Notes under the pieces: model-generated
Seen by the model: the letters and a program-made list of their open reading frames with translations, nothing else
The model's database searches: none
Told to the model about the DNA's origin: nothing
Assembly: GCA_046861645.1 (NCBI GenBank)
Contig: JBHHUM010000023.1
Span: 1-32,574, forward strand
Length of the DNA: 32,574 nucleotides
Origin: Fidelibacterota bacterium
GTDB lineage: Bacteria > Fidelibacterota > Marinisomatia > Marinisomatales > UBA2128
Direction: 5' to 3'
In this document: positions 1 through 8,248 of the stretch, in pieces
How the letters are laid out: each line of letters opens with the position of its first letter
Position numbering within the stretch: position 1 is the stretch's first letter
Made by a program: the position numbers and the translations under genes

Positions 1-352
1 GTGTATATCTGACGCGCATTCCGGAACGGCTTGCACAAGCGCTCGTGTCCCTGGTTGGAGACGAAGCGGAATCACTCGTGAAGTCGAGCGTCTCCAACCG
101 GATGGAGTCAAGAAAGACCTTACCGTAGTGCTCGTAGGTACGCTTGAGGATGGTCTGGTAGTAGGTTTCTGTACGATTGGGAAAAGCTTGTTGCAGTTGC
201 TCCAGCGCTTTATTCTGGCGTATTCTCAGATGATCATAAGCAATCCGTCCCAGCATGACACCAAGCCGCAAGGTTGTCTTCCTCGGAAGCCGGCAGAGAA
301 GATGCCTGAGAAACTGAAGAGTATAGTAGGTAAAAGAATTCTTCTGGCGCAC
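1..352 (-). CDS. Lipid A lauroyl/myristoyl acyltransferase family (LpxL/HtrB-like), N-terminal part only; runs off the left edge and appears disrupted near nt 60-90
   Basis: Not in the ORF track; translated by hand. GTG at 352 preceded by AGGAG. Reads MRQKNSFTYYTLQFLRHLLCRLPRKTTLRLGVMLGRIAYDHLRIRQNKALEQLQQAFPNRTETYYQTILKRTYEHYGKVFLDSIRL, the typical LpxL N-terminus (LP..LG..LG..Y..R...L..AFP). The catalytic H-x4-D/E region is not reached. Confidence 0.75.
   Translation of the reverse strand, partial: MRQKNSFTYYTLQFLRHLLCRLPRKTTLRLGVMLGRIAYDHLRIRQNKALEQLQQAFPNRTETYYQTILKRTYEHYGKVFLDSIRLETLDFTSDSASSPTRDTSACASRSGMRVRYT
3..80 (+). other. Short foreign-looking coding fragment resembling the mid-region of putative HNH restriction endonucleases
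   Basis: Frame +3 reads VYLTRIPERLAQALVSLVGDEAESLV, recalling the VYLT..P..LA..L..L.G.EA segment of that family. GC-richer than the flank. Only 26 aa, recognised from memory. Confidence 0.3.
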
Positions 353-444
353 TTATACAGGTCTCCTGTTCAGTCAATTTATTTGGTGGTCTATCGTGAA
401 ACAAGCTCTTTGTATGAGAATGTTTTTTTCTGTTCATGTAACCG

Positions 445-473
445 TTGTTTTTTGCCGCACCTCACAGTAAACT
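445..473 (+). promoter_or_regulatory. Putative sigma70 promoter of the nfeD operon (near-leaderless)
   Basis: TTGTTT(445-450)-17 nt-TAAACT(468-473); ATG 9 nt later, no SD. Confidence 0.4.
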
Positions 474-482
474 TTCATTGTC

Positions 483-1847
483 ATGAGACTCCGCTGGTTA
501 AGCATCTTACTCATTTTTCTTCTCTCTACGGGAGCTTCATCCGCTGACCTTGTTTTCCATGTCCCCATCCATAAAACCATAGATCTCGGCCTGCCGGCAT
601 TCATTGAGCGAGCCATAAGAGATGCTAAAGCAGATAAAGCCGGAGGCATCATATTTGACATTGATACCTTCGGTGGCCGGATAGACGGTGCTACGGAGAT
701 CAAAAACGCCATCCTTGAACTGGATTCTACTATTATTACGGTGGCTTTCATCACCGGGGAAGCTGCTTCCGCTGGTGCCCTCATTTCGCTGGCTTGTACC
801 AGGATTGTCATGACCAAGGGAGCTTCCATAGGTGCTGCAACGGCAGTTGATCTGCAGGGGAAAAAGGCCAGTGAAAAGGTGATTTCCTACATGCGTAGTA
901 TGATGCGCTCCACAGCGGAAGCCCGGAACCGCAGTCCCATCCTGGCGGAAGCCATGGTGGATGATAGTATCGGCTTCAGTCACGTTCAAGTCAGGGGAGA
1001 TAGTCTGGAGGCTAATGACCTGGAAGGTTCTAAGAGAGGGAAACTCCTCACATTGAGTACGTCTCAAGCGTTGAAATACGGGATAGCGGATTATACTGTA
1101 GAGACGTTGTCCGGAGTGCTGGAATTTCTAGAGATGAAAGATGCCGTAGTGAAGGAAGTGAATGTCAACTGGTCAGAAAAATTAGTACGGTTTCTGACTG
1201 ACCCCATCGTCAGCTCGCTCCTGATGACGATTGGTTTTCTGGGCCTCCTATTCGAAATTCAATCTCCGGGCTGGGGTGTGCCTGGTACCGTCGGCATCGT
1301 AGCATTGGCTCTTTTCTTTGGAGCCACACTTTTTGCTGAATTGGCTACCATGGAGGAATTATTGATTCTTTTAGTAGGCGTAGCGTTGGTGCTGGTGGAA
1401 GTGTTGGTAATCCCCGGGTTTGGTGTGGTTGGTATCTTAGGAATTATTGGTATCCTGGTAGGACTTTATTTGATGCTGGTTCCCATGCATCCTTTACCCA
1501 GCGACTTGTCGTCAGCTTCATGGGGGCTGGTTATCGGGCTGGTTGGTGGGTTGGTGGGTCTCTTTCTGATGGGAAAAGCACTGGTGCACAGTCGGTTTTG
1601 GCACAAGATTACACTGCCCCTGTCGGAACGCAGTTCCGAGGGATACAGTACCTCTTTCGGTCTGGAGGAACTGGTCGGTTCCCAGGGGAAAGCTATTACT
1701 GATCTTCGGCCGGCTGGTCAGGTGTGTATAGGGACTCGTCGTATTTCTGCAGTAAGTGAAGGAGACTTTATTAACAAGGGAGATAATGTTGAGGTTTTAC
1801 GCGTGGAAGGATATCGCGTGGTTGTAAGAAAACTGGAAGCATCTTAA
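483..1847 (+). CDS. nfeD: NfeD family membrane-bound serine protease (long form, YqeZ-like)
   Basis: Signal peptide, ClpP-like domain ([14 protein letters not shown]), multi-TM middle, C-terminal OB-fold (DLRPAG...SEGDFI); upstream of floA. Confidence 0.92.
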   Translation: MRLRWLSILLIFLLSTGASSADLVFHVPIHKTIDLGLPAFIERAIRDAKADKAGGIIFDIDTFGGRIDGATEIKNAILELDSTIITVAFITGEAASAGALISLACTRIVMTKGASIGAATAVDLQGKKASEKVISYMRSMMRSTAEARNRSPILAEAMVDDSIGFSHVQVRGDSLEANDLEGSKRGKLLTLSTSQALKYGIADYTVETLSGVLEFLEMKDAVVKEVNVNWSEKLVRFLTDPIVSSLLMTIGFLGLLFEIQSPGWGVPGTVGIVALALFFGATLFAELATMEELLILLVGVALVLVEVLVIPGFGVVGILGIIGILVGLYLMLVPMHPLPSDLSSASWGLVIGLVGGLVGLFLMGKALVHSRFWHKITLPLSERSSEGYSTSFGLEELVGSQGKAITDLRPAGQVCIGTRRISAVSEGDFINKGDNVEVLRVEGYRVVVRKLEAS

Positions 1848-1860
1848 GGAGGTGACATTC

Positions 1861-2880
1861 ATGTTTGGTTCCATACTACCGTTTGTACTATTGGCAGCAA
1901 TTTTATTTTTCATTTTTTTACTACTGTACTATGTGCCCCTGGGTCTATGGATTCAAGCCCTGGTTTCACTGGGGTTGGGGCGGATTACTATCATCGACTT
2001 GATCCGTATGCGCTTGAGGAAGATTCCCCCTAGAATTATTGTGGATGGGATCATCAACCTGCACAAGGCGGGGCTGGAGAATATTTCTACCGGTATGTTG
2101 GAAACTCATTACTTGGCGAGTGGGAATGTGCCCAATGTAGTATTTGCCATGATTGCTGCGGACAAAGCAAAAATCCCCCTGACATTTGCCACCTCAACGG
2201 CTATCGATTTAGCCGGTCGTGATATCAAAACAGCGGTACAAACTTCGGTTTATCCCCGGGTAATTGATGCCCCCTCTGATGGTAAACTGGCTGCAGTGGC
2301 AAAGGATGGCATTGAGGTTAAAGCGAGGGCCAGGGTTACCGTACGTACAAACATTCCCGGACTGGTGGGCGGTGCTACCGATGAGACAATCATTGCCCGG
2401 GTAGGAGAAGGAATTGTGAGTGCTATTGGTTCCTCGAGATCTTACAAAGATGTACTGGAAAACCCCGACTACATTTCACGAAATGTATTGGAAAAAGGTC
2501 TCGATGCCGGCACTGCTTTTGAGATATTGAGTATCGATATAGCAGATGTTGACATTGGCCGGAATGTGGGTGCTCACCTGCAAGCTGACCAGGCTGAAGC
2601 AGATTTGAGAGTAGCTCAAGCCAGGGCTGAGACTCGTCGGGCTATGGCTGTCGCAGCAGAGCAGGAAATGGTGGCACGGGTAGCGGAAATGCGCGCCAAA
2701 GTTGTGGAAGCTGAAGCTGAAGTTCCTAAAGCAATGGCTCAAGCTTTCCGGGAGGGAAACCTGGGCATCATGGATTACTATCAAATGCGCAACATCCAGG
2801 CTGATACCTCTATGCGTGAGTCTATCTCCGGTTCTGGCGAGAAGGGGGGCACTGAAGCTCCGGAAAAAAGTGATGATTAA
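1861..2880 (+). CDS. floA: Flotillin-like protein FloA (YqfA/UPF0365)
   Basis: [72 protein letters not shown] places the start at ATG 1861 rather than GTG 1852. Confidence 0.95.
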   Translation: MFGSILPFVLLAAILFFIFLLLYYVPLGLWIQALVSLGLGRITIIDLIRMRLRKIPPRIIVDGIINLHKAGLENISTGMLETHYLASGNVPNVVFAMIAADKAKIPLTFATSTAIDLAGRDIKTAVQTSVYPRVIDAPSDGKLAAVAKDGIEVKARARVTVRTNIPGLVGGATDETIIARVGEGIVSAIGSSRSYKDVLENPDYISRNVLEKGLDAGTAFEILSIDIADVDIGRNVGAHLQADQAEADLRVAQARAETRRAMAVAAEQEMVARVAEMRAKVVEAEAEVPKAMAQAFREGNLGIMDYYQMRNIQADTSMRESISGSGEKGGTEAPEKSDD

Positions 2881-2886
2881 CAGCTG

Positions 2887-3426
2887 ATGGATTTCGAAAT
2901 CCTATATTGGATTGTCCTGGGACTCATTTACCTGATGGTAAAGAGACTCCGCAGTAGACAACAGCAGCCACGTCCCCGTCGCTCAAGTCGTTCTTCGTCA
3001 CAGACTGAAGAGGTCCAGGGCGAAGAGGAACTACCATCCTGGCTGGAGAAACTCGTGTTAAGTGAGGAAGAGGACGAGGATTCTCTCCTGTCAGAACTCT
3101 TTTCTCAGGAAAAGCAAAGAACCACCATGAGGGAAGAGTTGGCTGCTTTTGATGAAAGCCTGGTAGAACCTGCTGTTGATATTGACTCTTCTGCTCAAAC
3201 AGTTTCGAAACCCTTGGAGGATCCGGAGGATATGAGGTCTCAGGTTCGTCCCCAAGTAGTTTCACTTACAAAGAATCAAAGGGAACAGAAACGTCGAGCT
3301 CTACTACTTCCAGAGATAAGGGAAATGGTTGATGATCGGGAGAAACTACGTCAGTTGATTATCTATAGGGAGGTGTTAGGTCCACCTCGGGCACTGAACC
3401 CATTTCGTACTGGAAGGCATTTCTAA
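2887..3426 (+). CDS. Hypothetical single-TM protein, positional equivalent of YqfB
   Basis: N-terminal TM, acidic low-complexity body, C-terminal LRQLIIYREVLGPPRAL motif typical of the third gene of nfeD-floA operons. Confidence 0.75.
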   Translation: MDFEILYWIVLGLIYLMVKRLRSRQQQPRPRRSSRSSSQTEEVQGEEELPSWLEKLVLSEEEDEDSLLSELFSQEKQRTTMREELAAFDESLVEPAVDIDSSAQTVSKPLEDPEDMRSQVRPQVVSLTKNQREQKRRALLLPEIREMVDDREKLRQLIIYREVLGPPRALNPFRTGRHF

Positions 3427-4020
3427 TCAGGTAATCTGGCTGTAAATCTCGTCAACCTGTCGAATCAGGTCTTCTTCACTTCTGTTATTGTCTATAATGA
3501 AATCTGCCATCTTTGCCTTTGCTTCTTCAGGCAGTTGAAGATCCATCCGCTTCTGAATCTGATCTCTTGTCAGTTTTCCCCGCTGTAAAGCACGACGCAT
3601 TCTTTGACCGAACTGGGCGGTAACGACGATAACATAATCGAGGTGTTGATCCAGTCCAGATTCGTAGATGAGGGCTGCATCGACTACGAACAGAGTAGCT
3701 TCTCCTTTAACAGAGACTTCCTCGTAACGGTTATCAATGGAATCAAAAACGTGAGGGTGAATAATAGCATTCAGGACAGCCTGATTTTCCTCGTTGGCAA
3801 AAGCCACCCGGGCTAGTTTCTCGGGATTTATTGTTCTATCAGGGCTAAGAATATCAGAACTGAATTCCTCGATAAGATCCTTTTGCACCTGTTCGTTGTT
3901 CCTAAGGATCTCTTTTGCTTCCTTATCGGCGTCGAACCGGTATGCTCCCAATTCCTCCAGGCGAATGCTGGCTACACTTTTGCCGCTGCCGATTCCGCCT
4001 GTGACCCCAACCTTTAACAT
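3427..4020 (-). CDS. coaE: Dephospho-CoA kinase
   Basis: VGVTGGIGSGKS, FDAD, LNAIIHP, ADFIIDN. Confidence 0.96.
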   Translation of the reverse strand: MLKVGVTGGIGSGKSVASIRLEELGAYRFDADKEAKEILRNNEQVQKDLIEEFSSDILSPDRTINPEKLARVAFANEENQAVLNAIIHPHVFDSIDNRYEEVSVKGEATLFVVDAALIYESGLDQHLDYVIVVTAQFGQRMRRALQRGKLTRDQIQKRMDLQLPEEAKAKMADFIIDNNRSEEDLIRQVDEIYSQIT

Positions 4021-4022
4021 GA

Positions 4023-4676
4023 CTATTTTTCTCCGTTTATTAGATTTTTCAAAATACGGGTCGTTACTTTTTTGATAGTACCTTCTCCGTTCACTCTGAT
4101 GAGTTGACTTCTCTTTTCGTAGTAGGAAATAAGTGGTTCTGTTTGTCGCTGGTACACTCGTAACCTTTCACGAATCACATGGGGTTGATCATCATCTCTC
4201 AGAATAAGTTCCCCACCACAATGATCACAAGTGTCCTTCGCCCGAGGAGGGGTAAAAAGGAGGTTCGTGATGGCACCACAGGAGGCGCATGTACGTCGAC
4301 TGGAAAGTCTTTTTATTAGGAGCTCATCACCACCTTCCAGAGCTATTACACTGTCAAGATTCTGTTTGATTCGCTGCAAGAGTTTGTCTAAACCATCAGC
4401 TTGTGGCACTGTCCGTGGGAAACCGTCAAACAGATAACCGGTAAAAGTATCGGGTTGGTGTAAACGGCTCTCCACCATTTTTAGAATGACGTCATCCGGT
4501 ACGAGTCTACCTTGATCCATATAGGTTTGGGCTTCCTTACCCAGCACAGTTTTGGCGGTAATGGCTTCTCTTAGCATGTCGCCGGTGGAAAGATGAGCCA
4601 TGGAGTACCGTTGACAGATTATCTTTGCCTGAGTTCCTTTGCCAATTCCAGGTGGTCCCAAGAAAACCAGTCTCAT
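4023..4676 (-). CDS. adk: Adenylate kinase (long zinc-LID type)
   Basis: GPPGIGKGTQA, HLSTGDMLR, DGFPRT, LID CASC...CDHC, RDDD. Confidence 0.97.
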   Translation of the reverse strand: MRLVFLGPPGIGKGTQAKIICQRYSMAHLSTGDMLREAITAKTVLGKEAQTYMDQGRLVPDDVILKMVESRLHQPDTFTGYLFDGFPRTVPQADGLDKLLQRIKQNLDSVIALEGGDELLIKRLSSRRTCASCGAITNLLFTPPRAKDTCDHCGGELILRDDDQPHVIRERLRVYQRQTEPLISYYEKRSQLIRVNGEGTIKKVTTRILKNLINGEK

Positions 4677-4685
4677 AGTTTATCC

Positions 4686-5903
4686 TTAGAGTAACAAACC
4701 AGCAATAGTAGCGGTCAACCAGGAAGCTAGAGCTCCGCCCGTCATCGCTTTTAAACCTATTTTAGCCAGGTCCTTTCTTCTCTCTGGTGCGATTCCGCCG
4801 ATGCCACCCAATTGAATTCCAATGGAAGCAAAATTAGCAAATCCGCAAAGAGCGTAACTGGCAATGATGGCTGTTCGGTCAGTGATTTCATGCGCCAAAC
4901 GCAAGTCTCTTAAGTCCCCATAGGCGATGAGTTCAGTGAGGACGATTTTCTTACCCATCAATGTACCTAAGGTAGCAGCTTCGTTCCACGGTGCACCCAT
5001 GGTCCACGCCAGGGGACGGAAGATGACTCCAAAAATTTCTTCCAGCGAAGTGTCAAAAATTCCCAAGAAGGCATTTAGCATGGCAACCATAGCCACGAAA
5101 GCGACCAGCATGGCGGCTACATTGGCTGCCAGTTTCATGCCACTGGTGGCGCCCTGTGAGATGGATTCCATTGCGTTGTCAGCAGTTTTTTCAACCTCAA
5201 TCTTAACGCTTCCCGCGGTTACAGGCTGGCCAGTTTCGGGGAAAATTATTTTTGCAATTACCATGGCTGCGGGTGCACTCATGATAGATGCTGCCAAAAG
5301 ATGACCAGCAATACCGGGCACATCGGAGAGCATCTTCACGTAGATCGCCATAACACCACCAGCAACCGTGGCAAACCCTCCCACCATTACGGCCATCAGT
5401 TCTGATTGCGTCATGGTTCCCACAAAAGGACGAATCATCAAAGGTGCCTCTGTTTGCCCCACAAAGATATTAGCTGAGACGGATAAAGTTTCGGCACCAC
5501 TGGTTTTAAGGGTTTTCTGCATGGCCCAGGCTATTCCTCGGACAATGGCCTGCATGATACCAAGGTGGTACAATAAGGCCATAAGCGATGAGAAAAATAT
5601 AATGGTAGGTAATACCCGAAATGCAAAGTTAAGTAAGGGAGCTTCTACATAACCTTCACCAAATGATTTAAAGAGAAAGTCACTACCAGCATCCGAAAAG
5701 CTGAGTAATCTGCGAATGAAACCGTCAACAGTTGAAAAGAACGGTTGACCAATAGGAGTTTTCAAAATGAAGATAGCGAACACGATCTGTAGCCCCAATC
5801 CCCAGAGGATAATTCTATAATCTATCTGTTTACGATTGTTGGAAAGAAACCAGGCAATTCCCAATAGGGCCAAAATACCTAGTATTCCGGTCAGTTGTCC
5901 CAT
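4686..5903 (-). CDS. nupC: Concentrative nucleoside transporter (NupC/CNT family)
   Basis: VLPTIIFFSSL, ANIFVGQTEAPL, GGFATVAGGV, YALCGFANFASIGIQLGG. Confidence 0.95.
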   Translation of the reverse strand: MGQLTGILGILALLGIAWFLSNNRKQIDYRIILWGLGLQIVFAIFILKTPIGQPFFSTVDGFIRRLLSFSDAGSDFLFKSFGEGYVEAPLLNFAFRVLPTIIFFSSLMALLYHLGIMQAIVRGIAWAMQKTLKTSGAETLSVSANIFVGQTEAPLMIRPFVGTMTQSELMAVMVGGFATVAGGVMAIYVKMLSDVPGIAGHLLAASIMSAPAAMVIAKIIFPETGQPVTAGSVKIEVEKTADNAMESISQGATSGMKLAANVAAMLVAFVAMVAMLNAFLGIFDTSLEEIFGVIFRPLAWTMGAPWNEAATLGTLMGKKIVLTELIAYGDLRDLRLAHEITDRTAIIASYALCGFANFASIGIQLGGIGGIAPERRKDLAKIGLKAMTGGALASWLTATIAGLLL

Positions 5904-5915
5904 TATCTGTCCCTG

Positions 5916-6476
5916 TTAATCTGGCTTTTCATAGCAGTTTCTACAGCGTGCTTCGTATAGGTCACTTTCACCTATGATAATCTGGTCTTTGTCCTCAGAT
6001 AACCGTTGTGTATAGTTAGCAGGATTCCCGCAGACAATACATATGGCAAGAGTCTTGGTAATATACTCTGCCTCAGCTAGCAGGGCCGGGATGGGTCCAA
6101 ATGGCTGTCCCAAATAATCTTTATCCAGTCCGGCAACAATAACTCGCTTTTTAAGTTGGGCTAACTCCTTGCAGACATTAACCAACTCGTCATCGAAGAA
6201 TTGAGCTTCATCGATCCCGATGACCTCAGCCTGATCAGATAGTCTTAAAATATCCATAGAGGAATCTATAGTTTGTGATTTCATCATAGATTGGTTATGA
6301 GAAACAATATGGTCTGCATGATATCGGGTGTCGATACGCGGTTTAAAGATTTCCACGGACTGCCGGGCAATTTCAGCCCTTCTCAATCTACGGATCAATT
6401 CTTCCGTCTTGCCGCTGAACATGCTGCCGCAAATAATTTCAATCCATCCTGTCTCGCGTGGGCTGTGAGTGGGCAT
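5916..6476 (-). CDS. tdk: Thymidine kinase
   Basis: [31 protein letters not shown]...YEARCRNC. Confidence 0.97.
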   Translation of the reverse strand: MPTHSPRETGWIEIICGSMFSGKTEELIRRLRRAEIARQSVEIFKPRIDTRYHADHIVSHNQSMMKSQTIDSSMDILRLSDQAEVIGIDEAQFFDDELVNVCKELAQLKKRVIVAGLDKDYLGQPFGPIPALLAEAEYITKTLAICIVCGNPANYTQRLSEDKDQIIIGESDLYEARCRNCYEKPD

Positions 6477-6488
6477 AGATTTTAGTTC

Positions 6489-7109
6489 TTAAGTAGTTAG
6501 AAGGAGCTGAATCTTTTCCTGAACAAGATTTATTGCCGCCAGATTGTTCCCTCCCTTGGGGATGATAATATCAGCATAAATTTTGGTTTTTTCCACAAAT
6601 TGCTCATGCATTGGGCGTACGGTTTCCAGATATTGCTGGATAATACTTCTAATATTCCTACCCCGTTCTTCTATATCGCGAGTAAGTCTGCGTATAAAGC
6701 GAATGTCAGCTGGAACATCGATGAAGACTTTAATGTCCATTAAGTGTCGGAGGGACTTCTTACCTAAAACCAAAAGGCCCTCGATAATAATAATCGGGGC
6801 TGAAGGAGTTGTCTCTTTTTCTTGTAAGCGAGTATGGGTTGTGAAGTCATAACGAGGCACTTCCACTTCTCTTCCCGAAAGCAATTCTTTGAGATGCTGT
6901 CTCATCAAATAAAAATCTAAGGCATCCGGATGATCATAGTTCAGTTTAGCTCTCTCTGCTGGAGTCAAGTCTGAGCGATCCTTATAGTAGGAATCCTGGG
7001 AAATAATGGTAGTTTTATGGGCTGGGAAAAGTGAGGCGAGGTGGTAAGAAGCTACAGTTTTTCCTGATCCTGAACCTCCGGCAATTCCAACGAGGACCCT
7101 CTGTTTCAT
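6489..7109 (-). CDS. udk: Uridine kinase
   Basis: GIAGGSGSGKT, QDSYY, NYDHPDA, RDIEERGR, VRPMHEQFVE. Confidence 0.96.
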   Translation of the reverse strand: MKQRVLVGIAGGSGSGKTVASYHLASLFPAHKTTIISQDSYYKDRSDLTPAERAKLNYDHPDALDFYLMRQHLKELLSGREVEVPRYDFTTHTRLQEKETTPSAPIIIIEGLLVLGKKSLRHLMDIKVFIDVPADIRFIRRLTRDIEERGRNIRSIIQQYLETVRPMHEQFVEKTKIYADIIIPKGGNNLAAINLVQEKIQLLLTT

Positions 7110-7489
7110 TTCTTAAGACTGGAATGATCAAATGGTTTCGGCAGTAACGCTGCGGCTGAAGTTTCTGTCTCTTGACCAGCATCATTCACCAGAGTGATGG
7201 GTATATCTCCGCAAAGTTCCCAGATAACTTGGCGACAAGCTCCACAAAGTGAGGCTTTATTTTTGGAAATGACTACCAGCCTCACAAATGAATGAAAACC
7301 TTGGGCAACAGCTGCGGAAACTGCCACACGTTCAGCACAAATGGTAAGCCCATAACTGGCAGATTCTACATTACAGCCCATAATTATGGTGCCATTTTCT
7401 GTCTCAATAGCTGCACCGACCGGGTAGTTTGAAAAAGGGGCGAAAGCTCTGGACTGAGCGGTTTTGGCAGCCTTGATTAATGAATCCAT
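7106..7489 (-). CDS. cdd: Cytidine deaminase (homotetrameric type)
   Basis: APFSNYPVGAA, GCNVE, ICAER, CGACRQ. Confidence 0.95.
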   Translation of the reverse strand: MDSLIKAAKTAQSRAFAPFSNYPVGAAIETENGTIIMGCNVESASYGLTICAERVAVSAAVAQGFHSFVRLVVISKNKASLCGACRQVIWELCGDIPITLVNDAGQETETSAAALLPKPFDHSSLKK

Positions 7490-8241
7490 TATACCCTCCT
7501 GATGTTAATCGTTTTCATGAGATAAAGGGTGACAATCCCGGTTAAAAACCCCCCGATATGAGCAAACCAGGCTACACCTCCAGTAGTGTCTAAACCAATG
7601 GTACCCAATCCATTGGTTAGTTGGATCAAAAACCAGAAACCGAGGTAGTAAATAGCAGGAATCCTCATAGTCATTCCCCACCAGAAAAAGAAGGGGAGAA
7701 AGGCTACTACTTTTGCCCGGGGGAAGGAGATCATGTAGGCTCCCAATACTCCAGCGATTGCGCCGCTGGCTCCTACCATGGGAACGATTGAAGAGGGATC
7801 GCTGATTATTTGCGCTACTGCAGCACCGATCCCGCAGAGCAAGTAGAAAATAAGGAAACGAGTATGACCCAATAATCCTTCCACATTATCGGCAAATATC
7901 CAGATAAATACCATGTTCCATAGTATATGCATAAAACCTCCGTGCATAAACATGGACGTAAAGATGGTGATTAGGGGGGAGTGAACGGTGGCATTTAATT
8001 CAACGCGTTGCCGGAAGCGTTCACTGAGATAGCCTTCCCACGCTTCAACTATATCTTCTCCTGATGTTCCCGTAACTTTGGCGGGGACCAAACCATATGA
8101 GAGTGTGAGTTCCTGCTCAGCAAAGGGAGTAGAACCCCCCCCTATCTGGAAAAGAAAGATTGCTACGTTCAGTGCCACGATTGCATAGGTTACTTTTGGA
8201 ATGATGACTCTTGGGTTTTCGTCTCGAAGGGGAATCAGCAT
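7489..8241 (-). CDS. Rhomboid family intramembrane serine protease
   Basis: IPLRDENP N-terminus, FMHGGFMHILWNM, VGASGAIAG (Ser), AWFAHIGG (His). Confidence 0.95.
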   Translation of the reverse strand: MLIPLRDENPRVIIPKVTYAIVALNVAIFLFQIGGGSTPFAEQELTLSYGLVPAKVTGTSGEDIVEAWEGYLSERFRQRVELNATVHSPLITIFTSMFMHGGFMHILWNMVFIWIFADNVEGLLGHTRFLIFYLLCGIGAAVAQIISDPSSIVPMVGASGAIAGVLGAYMISFPRAKVVAFLPFFFWWGMTMRIPAIYYLGFWFLIQLTNGLGTIGLDTTGGVAWFAHIGGFLTGIVTLYLMKTINIRRV

Positions 8242-8248
8242 AAGAAAA

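Noticed and set aside
397..465. SigW-like TGAAAC or TGTAACC upstream of nfeD
   Set aside because: No CGT -10 element at 16-17 nt spacing (AATG and CCTC found instead)
128..547. 139-aa + strand ORF (and 234..437 minus)
   Set aside because: Shadow of the LpxL-like gene; no motifs, and the 139-aa ORF overlaps nfeD
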